Positions 19,740 through 28,300 of a stretch of 64,000 bases of DNA are shown here, piece by piece. The translations under genes were made by a program, and so were the position numbers. The notes beneath the pieces were generated by a model. The model did not search any database, was not told the origin of the DNA, and saw nothing but the letters and a program-made list of their open reading frames with translations. Numbering within the stretch: position 1 is the stretch's first letter; the number at the start of each line of letters is the position of its first letter. The stretch is from Vicinamibacteria bacterium (GTDB lineage: Bacteria; Acidobacteriota; Vicinamibacteria; Fen-336). Where the stretch lies: positions 391,240-455,239 of the forward strand of contig JBFWVE010000003.1 of assembly GCA_050246895.1 (NCBI GenBank), written 5' to 3'.

Positions 19740-20573
19740 TCAGCGCCCGCCGAAGCGGGGCGGCCGCTTCTCGAAGAAGGCGGCGATGCCCTCGGCGCAG
19801 TCCGGCGTGTCGGCGATGCGGGCGAGCTCCTCCAGCTCGCGGTCGAGGTGGACGTCGAGCCGGTCGCTGGCCGAGGCGGCGTGCAGCAGCGCCTTGGTGA
19901 CGGCGTAGGAGCGCGTCGGTCCGGCGGCGAGCGTCGCGGCCACGCGCCGCACCTCGGCCTCGAAGGCGTGCTCGGGGATCACCTCGCTGACGAGACCCAT
20001 CCGCCAGGCGCGCGCGGCGTCGAGCCGCGGGTTCAGGAACGCGAGATCGAAGGCGCGGCGCAGGCCGACGAGCCGCGGCAGGAAGAAGGTCGAGCTTTCG
20101 GCGCCGGTCAGCGCCGTCTTGGGATAGGCCCACTCGAAGCTCGCGCGCGAGGACGCGAGCACCAGGTCGCAGGCCATCGCCAGGCCGAAGCCGCCCGCGG
20201 CCGCGACGCCGTCGACCGCCGCCAGCACCGGCTTCGGCGCGCGCTTCAGCTCGGAGATCGTGGAGTGCAGGTACTCCAGGATCTGCTTGAAGCGCTCCCC
20301 GTAGCCGGCGGGGATCTCGCGCGAAGCGGGCTGCAGGTAGCCGAGGTCGGCGCTCTCGCCGCCCGAGCGGATGTACTTGAGGTCGGCGCCGCTGCAGAAG
20401 ACGCCGTTCGTGCCCTGCAGCACCACGCAGCGCACGCTCTCGTCGCGGCAGAGCGCGAGTCCGGCCTGGCGCAGGTCCTGGGCGGTGGCGACGTCGAGCG
20501 AGTTGAAGCGCTCGGGCCGGGCGATCGTCAGCCAGCCGACGCCGTCCTCGCGCGAGACGCGGATGTGGCGCAT
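19740..20573 (-). CDS. Enoyl-CoA hydratase/isomerase (crotonase-fold) protein embedded in the hyp operon. Its ATG overlaps the hypE stop.
   Basis: Crotonase oxyanion-hole motifs VVLQGTNGVFCSGADL and AAVDGVAAAGGFGLAMACD. It is 277 aa and starts at MRHIRVSREDG. The 5' 1.5 kb of the listed 767-aa ORF is a spurious out-of-frame overlap of hypE and hypD. Confidence 0.8.
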   Translation of the reverse strand: MRHIRVSREDGVGWLTIARPERFNSLDVATAQDLRQAGLALCRDESVRCVVLQGTNGVFCSGADLKYIRSGGESADLGYLQPASREIPAGYGERFKQILEYLHSTISELKRAPKPVLAAVDGVAAAGGFGLAMACDLVLASSRASFEWAYPKTALTGAESSTFFLPRLVGLRRAFDLAFLNPRLDAARAWRMGLVSEVIPEHAFEAEVRRVAATLAAGPTRSYAVTKALLHAASASDRLDVHLDRELEELARIADTPDCAEGIAAFFEKRPPRFGGR

Positions 20574-21616
20574 CAGCAGATCCTCGGCAGAGGCTCGCCT
20601 TCGATCTCGACCAGCAGCCGCCGCCCGAAGCCGGTGTCGAGCACGACCTGCCCCACCCGCTCGGCCACGCACTCGCCGACGATCGCGGCGTGCTGCCCCT
20701 GCGGCTGGCCGCGCAGCGCCGCCAGCACGGCGCCGGCCACGTGCGGCCGCACGCCGAGGAGCGCCTTGCCCTCGTTGGCGATCACGAGCGGATCGATGCC
20801 GAGCAACTCGGACGCCGCCCGCACCGCGGGCGTCACGGGCACGCTCGGCTCGTCGAGCACGATGCCGACGCCGCTCTTCTCGGCCATCTCGTGGAGCGCG
20901 CTCGCGAGCCCGCCGCGCGTGGGGTCCTTCAGCGTCACGACGCCGTCGCCGCCGGCGCGCAGCGCGGCCCTCACCAGCGCGTTGATCGGCGCCACGTCGG
21001 AGCGCAGGTCGCCGGAGAGCTCGAGCTTGTGGCGCGCCGCCATCACCGCGCAGCCGTGGTCGCCGACGCTGCCGCTGACGATCAGGCGGTCGCCGGGCCG
21101 CAGGCCGCTGTCGCGCACGACGCGGGCGGCCATGCCGATGCCCGTGGTGTTGAGCATCACGCCGTCGAGCTGCCCCCGGCCCATCACCTTGGTGTCGCCG
21201 GTGACGATCGTGGTGCCCGCCTCGCGACAGGCCTCGACCATCGAGGCGTGGATCCGTTCGAGGTCGGCGCGCGAGAAGCCCTCCTCCACCACCACGGCGC
21301 AGGTCAGCGCCAGCGGCTCGGTGGCGCCCATCATCGCGAGGTCGTTGACGGTGCCCGAGACCGCCAGCCGCCCGATGTCGCCGCCCGCGAAGAAGGCCGG
21401 CGAGACCACGTGCGAGTCCGTGGTGATCACCAGGAAGCCGTCGCCCAGCGGCAGCGCGGCGCCGTCGTCCATCGCGTCGAGACCGTAGAGTCCGGCGGGC
21501 CCCTCGGGGAAGCCGCCCGTCAGGACCTCGCGCACGAGCTGGCGCATGGCGCGCCCGCCCGCGCCGTGCTTCAGCAGGACCTTGTCCTCGAGCAGCGCCA
21601 GCCGCAGCGTCGTCAT
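20573..21616 (-). CDS. hypE: Hydrogenase maturation factor HypE (carbamoyl dehydratase). The start is taken at MTTLRLALLEDK.
   Basis: AIR-synthase-like fold and the conserved C-terminal ...PRIC. Confidence 0.9.
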   Translation of the reverse strand: MTTLRLALLEDKVLLKHGAGGRAMRQLVREVLTGGFPEGPAGLYGLDAMDDGAALPLGDGFLVITTDSHVVSPAFFAGGDIGRLAVSGTVNDLAMMGATEPLALTCAVVVEEGFSRADLERIHASMVEACREAGTTIVTGDTKVMGRGQLDGVMLNTTGIGMAARVVRDSGLRPGDRLIVSGSVGDHGCAVMAARHKLELSGDLRSDVAPINALVRAALRAGGDGVVTLKDPTRGGLASALHEMAEKSGVGIVLDEPSVPVTPAVRAASELLGIDPLVIANEGKALLGVRPHVAGAVLAALRGQPQGQHAAIVGECVAERVGQVVLDTGFGRRLLVEIEGEPLPRIC

Positions 21617-22773
21617 CGGCCTGCCTCCGCGAGCGAACCCGCCGCCAGATCGGGGTGGCCTCCGTAGAGGTGCCAGATCTTGCAGGTGCCCTCGCTCGAC
21701 ACCATGCAGGCGCCGACCGGCGTCTCGGGCAGGCACTCGCGCCCGAACAGCTTGCACTGCGGGGGCGAGGCGATCCCCGCCATGATGTCGCCGCAGATGC
21801 AGTCCTGCACCAGCGCCGGCGGCGCGTACTGCCACAGCGACTCGAGGTCGATCTCGAAGCGGCGGCGGGCGTCGAGCGGCGCCCACTCGTCGCGCAAGCG
21901 CAGGTTCCCGTTCGGCACGTGCGCGATGCCGCGCCAGCGGCCGCCGGCCGGGCGGAAGACGTGGAACAGCTGCTCGAGCGCGTTGCGGTTGCCCTCGCGG
22001 CTGACGCAGCGCGGGAACATGTTGACGACCTGCGGCCGGCCATCGCGCACGAGCTCGACGAGGCGCAGCAGGGCCGCCAGGATGTCGAGCGGCTCGAAGC
22101 CCGCGACCACCACCGGCAGGCGGTGGCGCAGGGCGAAGCCCTCGAAGATGCCCCAGCCCGTGATGGCGGCGGCGTGGCCGGCGGCCAGGAAGCCCTCGAC
22201 GCGCGACCCGGGCATCTCCGCCACGATCTCCATCACGGGCGGGATGTACTTGTGGGCCGAGAGCACCGAGAAGTTCGGCGGCACGCCGGCGAGCACGGCC
22301 GCCGCGGTCGCGACCGCCGTGGTCTCGAAGCCGGTCGCGAAGAAGACGACCTCGTCGCGCGAGCCGCGCGCCAGCTCGACCGCCTGGTTCACGCTGTAGA
22401 CGACCTCGACGCGCGCGCCTTCGGCCTGGACGTCGCCGAGCGACAGCACGCTGCCGGGGACCTTCAGCATGTCGCCGTAGGTGGCGATCGTCAGGCCCTG
22501 GCGCGCGAGCGCCACGCCCTCGTCCACCTCGGGCACGTCGGTGATGCAGACCGGGCAGCCGGGCCCCATGATCACGTCGAGCGACTTCGGGAAGGACGCG
22601 CGCAGGCCGTAGCGCGCGATCGCCTGCTCGTGGCTGCCGCAGACGTGCATCAGCGAGACGCGGCGGCCGAGCGCGTCGGCGGCCCCGCGCAGCGCGTCCG
22701 CCAGCGCGCGGGCCTGCTTCGGATCGCGGAACTTCATTTCCGCGGCGCCGGCGGGCAGCGACTCAGGCTTCAC
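21613..22773 (-). CDS. hypD: Hydrogenase maturation factor HypD. An alternative start at MKFRDP (22737) is possible.
   Basis: Motifs CGSHE, GPGCPVC and FETTA, with a C-terminal cysteine cluster CxxxC…C. Confidence 0.9.
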   Translation of the reverse strand: MKPESLPAGAAEMKFRDPKQARALADALRGAADALGRRVSLMHVCGSHEQAIARYGLRASFPKSLDVIMGPGCPVCITDVPEVDEGVALARQGLTIATYGDMLKVPGSVLSLGDVQAEGARVEVVYSVNQAVELARGSRDEVVFFATGFETTAVATAAAVLAGVPPNFSVLSAHKYIPPVMEIVAEMPGSRVEGFLAAGHAAAITGWGIFEGFALRHRLPVVVAGFEPLDILAALLRLVELVRDGRPQVVNMFPRCVSREGNRNALEQLFHVFRPAGGRWRGIAHVPNGNLRLRDEWAPLDARRRFEIDLESLWQYAPPALVQDCICGDIMAGIASPPQCKLFGRECLPETPVGACMVSSEGTCKIWHLYGGHPDLAAGSLAEAGR

Positions 22774-23053
22774 GGGGCTTCTCCCCCGCCTCGATCTCGC
22801 CGCGCACGTCGGCGGCCATCAGGTCGCCCTCGGCACCCTCCCCGAGCAGCGACTCGTAGAGGTCGAGCGTGCCCTGGATGTCCTCGGGCGGGATGCGCCG
22901 GATCGCGAAGCCGACATGGTTGAGCACGTAGTCGCCGGGCTGCACCGGCTGGTCGACGAGGTCGAGCCGGACGGCCCGCCGCACGCCCCAGAAGTCCACG
23001 GTGGCGACGATCCCGTCGACCGACACCACCCGTCCCGGCACACCCAGGCACAT
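22763..23053 (-). CDS. hypC: Hydrogenase maturation factor HypC
   Basis: The N-terminal MCLGVPGRVV motif is diagnostic; the protein is 96 aa. Confidence 0.85.
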   Translation of the reverse strand: MCLGVPGRVVSVDGIVATVDFWGVRRAVRLDLVDQPVQPGDYVLNHVGFAIRRIPPEDIQGTLDLYESLLGEGAEGDLMAADVRGEIEAGEKPREA

Positions 23054-23072
23054 GCGCGCCTCCCTTGGTCTC

Positions 23073-25358
23073 CTAGAGCGATTTCCGTGCCACGGCGTCC
23101 GCCACGACCGCCTGGCCGAGGGCGATCCCGCCGTCGCCCGGCGGCGCCTGGCGGTGGCGCAGCACCACGAAGTCCGATCCCAGGGCCGCGACCACCTGCT
23201 CGACGAGCAGCGGGTTCTGGAAGCAGCCGCCCGACAGGCCCACGGCGAGCCGTCCCACGCGCTCCGCCACCAGCCGCACGGCCTCGGCGGTCGCGGCCGC
23301 GAGCGTCCGGTGGAAGCGGGCCGAGACGACGCCTGCGCCCCGACACGCGACGAGATCGTCGACCGCCTGCCGCACGGCGGGCCGCAGGTCGATCTCACAG
23401 GGCGTCGCTTGCACGTCGAGCCGGTAGTCGTAGCGCTGCGTCTCGCACGGATCGGCCGCGAGGTTCCAGAGCAGCGCGATCTGGCCCTCGTGCGCGGAGC
23501 GCGCCCGGCCGAGGCCCAGCGCGCCGAACGCGTCGAAGTAGCGGCCGACGCCGCGCGCGCGCGGGCAGTTGAGCCCCTGGGCCTGCATCTGCCGCACCAC
23601 CGCGATCTCCGCGGGCGGAACGCTGGCGAAGAGGGGCAGGCGCCCGAGGGGGGGATCGCCGGCGTAGGCGTCGTCGAGCAGCGCCAGCGCCGTCCGCCAG
23701 ACCTCGCGGATGGCGCGCTCGCCGCCGGGCAGCGCGAGGCTGCGGAAGCTCGCGACCCGCTCGTAGCCCTCGAGCGTCGCGAGCAGGATCTCTCCGCCCC
23801 AGAGCGTGCCGTCGGTGCCGAAGCCGGTTCCGTCGTAGGCGACCCCCAGGATCGGCCCCGGCAGCCCGTGCTCGGCGAGCAGCGAGGCCACGTGCGCGTG
23901 GTGGTGCTGGACGCCGATCTTGACGGGCTCCGGCCGCTCGAGCGCATAGCGGGTCGAGAGGTAGCCGGGGTGCAGGTCGTAAGCGACCAGCTCCGGCCGC
24001 ACGCGCAGGAAGCGGAGCTGGCGCTCGATCGCGGCGCGGTAGGCGTCCTCGGTCGCGAGGTTCTCGAGGTCCCCGACGTGGGGACCGAGTTGGGCCTCGT
24101 CGCCGCTGCCGACGCAGAAGGTGTTCTTCAGGTGCGCGCCGCAGGCGAGCACGGGCCGCGCGAAGCGGCGCTCGAACGGGAGCGCCCGCGGCACGTGGCC
24201 GCGCGCGCGGCGCAGCAGCGTCGGCACGCCTGCGATCACGCGCGCCACCGAGTCGTCGCAGGGAGCCTCGATCTCGCGGTCGTGGACCAGCAGCAGGTCG
24301 GCGATGCCGCCGAGCCGCGCGAGCGCCTCGTCGTTGCGCCAGGCGAGCGGCTCCTCCGAGAGGTTGCCCGAGGTCATCACCAGCGGGGCGCCCACCTCGT
24401 CGAGCAGCAGGTGGTGCAGCGGGGCGTAGGCGAGCAGCAGGCCGACGAGCGGGTTGTCCGGGGCCACCGCCCGCGCCAGCGGGCTCGGGACCCGGCGGCG
24501 CGCCAGCACGATCGGCCGCTCGACCGAAACCAGCAGCTGGCGCTCCGCGTCCGAGAGCACGGCCAGGGCCTCGGCTTGCGGCAGCTCCGCGACCATCACC
24601 GCGAAGGGCTTCTCGTCGCGCCGCTTGCGCTCGCGCAGCCTGCTCACCGCCGCCTCGGAGCGCGCGTCGCAGGCGAGATGGAACCCGCCGATGCCCTTGA
24701 GCGCGACGATGCTCCCGCCCGCGAGGGCGCGCGCGGCGGCGCGGATCTCGTCCTCCACCTCGATCCGCGTCCCGGCGGGCGAGACGAGCGCGAGGCGCGG
24801 GCCGCAGGCCGGGCAGGCGATCGGCTGCGCGTGGAAGCGGCGATCCGCCACCGACTCGTACTCGGCACGGCACTCCGCGCACATCTCGAAGCCGGCCATG
24901 GTCGTGGCGGCACGGTCGTACGGGACGTCGCGCGCGATCGTGAAGCGCGGACCGCAGCGCGTGCAGTTCGTGAAGGCATAGCGATGGCGGCGCGCCTTCG
25001 GGTCGCGGATCTCGGCGAGACATTCGGGACAGGTCGCCAGATCGGCCGGGATCGACACGCGGCGGGCCGCGGCGGCCGCGCTGCCGTCGATCGAGAAGCC
25101 GGACGGAGCCGGTGCCGCGATCTCCTGGCAGACGAGCGCGCGTATCTGGGCGGCAGCGGGCGCCTCGGCGCGCAGCCGCTCGAGGAAAACCTCGAGCGCC
25201 CCCCGCGGTGCGAACGCCTCGATCGTCACGCCGGCGGCGTCGTTGTAGACGCGGCCGGCGATTCCGCTTTCGCGCGCGAGCCGGTAGACGAAGGGACGGA
25301 ACCCCACGCCCTGCACGACGCCACGGATCGAGATGCGCCGCCCCGCGGGGGGCGCCAC
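23073..25358 (-). CDS. hypF: Carbamoyltransferase HypF. The start is probably a GTG just upstream of the acylphosphatase motif RISIRGVVQGVGFRPFVYRLA; the listed ORF start at 25547 would add an atypical ~63-aa extension.
   Basis: Acylphosphatase domain, two Zn-finger-like CxxC pairs, a YrdC-like domain (…GIGGFHLACDA…), and a Kae1-like carbamoyltransferase domain. The exact start is uncertain. Confidence 0.85.
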   Translation of the reverse strand: MAPPAGRRISIRGVVQGVGFRPFVYRLARESGIAGRVYNDAAGVTIEAFAPRGALEVFLERLRAEAPAAAQIRALVCQEIAAPAPSGFSIDGSAAAAARRVSIPADLATCPECLAEIRDPKARRHRYAFTNCTRCGPRFTIARDVPYDRAATTMAGFEMCAECRAEYESVADRRFHAQPIACPACGPRLALVSPAGTRIEVEDEIRAAARALAGGSIVALKGIGGFHLACDARSEAAVSRLRERKRRDEKPFAVMVAELPQAEALAVLSDAERQLLVSVERPIVLARRRVPSPLARAVAPDNPLVGLLLAYAPLHHLLLDEVGAPLVMTSGNLSEEPLAWRNDEALARLGGIADLLLVHDREIEAPCDDSVARVIAGVPTLLRRARGHVPRALPFERRFARPVLACGAHLKNTFCVGSGDEAQLGPHVGDLENLATEDAYRAAIERQLRFLRVRPELVAYDLHPGYLSTRYALERPEPVKIGVQHHHAHVASLLAEHGLPGPILGVAYDGTGFGTDGTLWGGEILLATLEGYERVASFRSLALPGGERAIREVWRTALALLDDAYAGDPPLGRLPLFASVPPAEIAVVRQMQAQGLNCPRARGVGRYFDAFGALGLGRARSAHEGQIALLWNLAADPCETQRYDYRLDVQATPCEIDLRPAVRQAVDDLVACRGAGVVSARFHRTLAAATAEAVRLVAERVGRLAVGLSGGCFQNPLLVEQVVAALGSDFVVLRHRQAPPGDGGIALGQAVVADAVARKSL

Positions 25359-25789
25359 GAGGCCGTCCTGTGCCCCAGGAAACGATCCCACGGAGCAAAG
25401 CGCTCCACGTGGCGTGCCAGGGTCATTTGGCTCAGCGCGGGCCATGCCGGACCCGATCGGGCGCCGCAGGCCGAATCCCATGCGCTCGCGCAGTCTCCTC
25501 CCGCAAATGTTGCGGCTGGACGCTGGAAGCTGAGCCATCAGGGCCATTTACGGAACCCAGGGCCGGGCCGACAATCAGCTTGCCCGGGCTCTCGTCGGGG
25601 GGCACTGGGGCTCGACACGCCGAGTCCCGCTGCGGACGCCCGGAAGAGGCGCGCGACGCTTCCTCCACCCCCTGGCGCTGACGCTTCGATTCGGGGTCCG
25701 CACGGCGCGGCGCAAGTCCCGCCGAAGGCGAGGGTCCGGGCCCTCCCGCGCAAGCTGGCGCGCGCCCGCGCGCGAGCGCGGCCGATGGT

Positions 25790-26203
25790 CTAGCCCAGGA
25801 CGAGCTCCGCGCCCTCGATGCGGACGGGGAGCTGCCGCAGGGGCCGCGGAGGAGGACCTTGGAGCACGCGGCCGTTTGCGTCGAAGCGGCCGTCGTGGCA
25901 CGGGCACTGGTAGCGGCCCTCCGCCTCGCGCCACGCCACCGCGCAACCGAAGTGCGAGCACGACAGCAGCAAAGCGCGCGGCCGACCGTCGGCGGAACGC
26001 AGCAGCTCGACGGGCTCGCCGTCCCAGGTCACCACCAGCCTGCGCCCTGGCGGGAGCTCGCGCAGCGGCACGCGCACGACCCGCGGGCCGGGCGCCGCCC
26101 GCCGGCCCCGCGCGCAGGAGGGGCCGAGCGCGGCGGCCGCGAGCGCCGAGGCCCCGGCGAGGCCGATGCGCCGGAGCGCCGCGCGGCGCGGCGTCAGGCG
26201 CAC
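25790..26203 (-). CDS. Small Rieske [2Fe-2S] protein with a probable Tat signal peptide (…TPRRAALRRIGLAGASALAAAALG…). There is no ATG in frame, so a GTG/other start is inferred.
   Basis: Rieske boxes CSHFGC and CPCHDG. It is in frame with the 3' end of the listed 387-aa ORF, whose 5' part overlaps the protease gene and is spurious. Confidence 0.6.
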   Translation of the reverse strand: MRLTPRRAALRRIGLAGASALAAAALGPSCARGRRAAPGPRVVRVPLRELPPGRRLVVTWDGEPVELLRSADGRPRALLLSCSHFGCAVAWREAEGRYQCPCHDGRFDANGRVLQGPPPRPLRQLPVRIEGAELVLG

Positions 26204-26736
26204 GGCGGCCGCTCCCACCAGATGTGCGGGCGCGCGGGCGCCGGGCAGGGCGTGGGCAGCGCACCCAGCCGCTTCAGCTCCGCCAGCACCTCCGCCACCA
26301 CCCGCGGCACCGCCGCGCGCACGCGCTCGGAGAGCCCGGCGCGCGTCGCGACGCTCTCCGGGACGACGCCGATCAGCAGCACGTCCTTCGGCCCGCGCCC
26401 GAGCGTCTGGGCGAGCAGCAGCGACTCGGCCAGCGCCGGATCGTGAGGCGTCAGGCGCGGGCCCGGCTTCATCCGCATCAGCGCGTCGCGCCGCCAGCAG
26501 CGCACGTCGCCCGGCTGGCCGTCGCTCTTCACGCTGTCGACCAGGATCAGCGCCTCGCGGTCGAGCACGAAGGGCGCCAGGTCGAGCCCTGGCGTGCCCA
26601 GGTCCTGAACCGCGACCCGGCGCGGAAAGGCGTATTCGGCGCGCAGCGTCTCGATCACGTAGGGACCGAGCGCGTCGTCGCCCATCAGCACGTTGCCGAG
26701 CCCCAGCACTGCGATCGGCGCTTCCGGCGCGTCCAT
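26194..26736 (-). CDS. hybD: [NiFe] hydrogenase maturation endopeptidase (HyaD/HybD/HoxM family)
   Basis: N-terminus IAVLGLGNVLMGDDALG, which is typical of these proteases. Confidence 0.85.
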   Translation of the reverse strand: MDAPEAPIAVLGLGNVLMGDDALGPYVIETLRAEYAFPRRVAVQDLGTPGLDLAPFVLDREALILVDSVKSDGQPGDVRCWRRDALMRMKPGPRLTPHDPALAESLLLAQTLGRGPKDVLLIGVVPESVATRAGLSERVRAAVPRVVAEVLAELKRLGALPTPCPAPARPHIWWERPPCA

Positions 26737-26757
26737 TCGCCCTCCTCGGCGCCCCCC

Positions 26758-28296
26758 TCAGCGGGCGGCCGTCTCCCCGCGCCGCGACTCGGACGCGGCC
26801 TCCAGCTTCTCGAAGGTGTGCTGCGCCTGGTCGCAGCCGAAGCGCAGCGTCATGGTGATGTGGTCCTGCATCTCGCGGCGCAGCCCGTTCGACTCGGGGT
26901 CCCGGCGCAGCACCTTGAAGCAGATGCGGTTCAGCTCCTCCAGCGCGCCGCACACCTCGTGGGAGCCGTAGCCCTGCTGGAAGCGGCGCCGTGCCAGATC
27001 GTCACAGTACGCCATCAGCGTGCCCTTCTCGCGCGTGCGCACGGCCGACGTCAGGTGGTTGAAGATCAGCCGCTGGTTCCAGCGGAGCTCCTCGAGCGGC
27101 ACGCCCTGGTAGGTCGGGAAGCGTCGGGCGCCCTCCTCGCCGCGCAGGCATTCGGTGTACTCGCGCGCGATCTCGGCCTCGTGCTTCTTCAGCAGCCGGA
27201 AGATCCGCAGGTTCGCGTGCAGCTGCACCTGCTTCATGGCGGCGCGGTTGGCGCGATTCCACTCGTGCGGCGAGGTCTTGCGGTGCTCGATCAGGAACGG
27301 CAGCCGGCGCAGCATCTCGAGCCGCGGGCGTGGCTGCCAGCCGAGCCGCTCGCGGGTGCGCCGGGCGTCGATGTTCATCTGCAGGTCGATGTAGTCGGCC
27401 ATCCACGGCCGCTCGAAGGGGCGCTCGCCCAGCAGGCGGCCGGCGACGTCGCGCGCGTGCAGCCCCGGCAGGCAGAGGGCCTTCGGCAGGAACAGCGGCT
27501 GCCGCCGCAGCCCGAACCACAGCAGCGTCGCGGCCTCGTGCAGCTCTCGGTGCGACACCGAGCCGTCGGGGCTGGCGATCAGCAGCTCTCCCGGCGGAAC
27601 CTGCGGCAGCCGCCCGAGCAGCCTCTCGAGGAACATCACCAGGTCCTCGACGTGCAGGTACGGGATCGCCGACTCGCCGCGCCCGGCCAGCAGGTTCCGG
27701 TTCCACGCCCGCGACAGCCAGGTCTCCAGGAACATGAAGAGCGGCGGGTACTCGCACCAGTCGGAGAACAGCGCCGCGAAGCGCACGATCGTCGACGGCA
27801 CCCGCGCGCGGTACTCCTGCAGCATCTGCTCGCCGATGCGCTTGGTGCGCGCGTAGACGTGCTCGCCGTCGGGGGGGCTCGTCTCGTCGAGCACGTGCCC
27901 GGGCGGCGGCAGCCGGCAGGCCGCCACCGAGCTCGAGAAGACGAAGCGCTCGAGCCCGAGCTCGGCGGAGAGGTCGAGCACGTTGCGCAGCCCGTCGACG
28001 TTGGTGCGCCAGTACTCGGGATGCTCGTCCCCGGTGAAGTCGTAGTGGGCCGCCAGGTGCAGCAGCATGCGGGCGCCGCCCCGCGCGCGCACCTGCGCGA
28101 AGGCCTGCTCCAGCGGCTGGCGATCGCCGATGTCGACCTGCCACCAGGTGATGTTGGGGTGGACGGGCGCGCCGGACTCGGCCTGCGAGCGGCGCGCCAT
28201 GCCGAAGATGCGGTAGCGGTCCTTGAGCGCGTCGAGCAGGTGCCGGCCGACGAAGCCCGACGCCCCGGTGACGATCAGCCCGGGCAGCGCCGTCAT
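26758..28296 (-). CDS. NAD-dependent epimerase/dehydratase (extended SDR) family protein with a ~200-aa C-terminal extension of unknown function. The start is taken at MTALPGLIVTGASGFVGRHLL.
   Basis: SDR glycine motif TGASGFVG and an active-site YxxxK region (…HVYARTKRIGE…). It is located inside the hydrogenase operon. Confidence 0.7.
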   Translation of the reverse strand: MTALPGLIVTGASGFVGRHLLDALKDRYRIFGMARRSQAESGAPVHPNITWWQVDIGDRQPLEQAFAQVRARGGARMLLHLAAHYDFTGDEHPEYWRTNVDGLRNVLDLSAELGLERFVFSSSVAACRLPPPGHVLDETSPPDGEHVYARTKRIGEQMLQEYRARVPSTIVRFAALFSDWCEYPPLFMFLETWLSRAWNRNLLAGRGESAIPYLHVEDLVMFLERLLGRLPQVPPGELLIASPDGSVSHRELHEAATLLWFGLRRQPLFLPKALCLPGLHARDVAGRLLGERPFERPWMADYIDLQMNIDARRTRERLGWQPRPRLEMLRRLPFLIEHRKTSPHEWNRANRAAMKQVQLHANLRIFRLLKKHEAEIAREYTECLRGEEGARRFPTYQGVPLEELRWNQRLIFNHLTSAVRTREKGTLMAYCDDLARRRFQQGYGSHEVCGALEELNRICFKVLRRDPESNGLRREMQDHITMTLRFGCDQAQHTFEKLEAASESRRGETAAR

Positions 28297-28300
28297 CGAG

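Noticed and set aside
19740-22043. 767-aa ORF as a single gene
   Set aside because: Only the 3' 277 codons (crotonase) are in a coherent protein frame. The upstream part overlaps hypE and hypD out of frame.
25790-26953. Full 387-aa ORF as annotated in the track
   Set aside because: Only the last ~137 codons (Rieske) look real. The 5' part overlaps the protease gene out of frame and is RG-rich.
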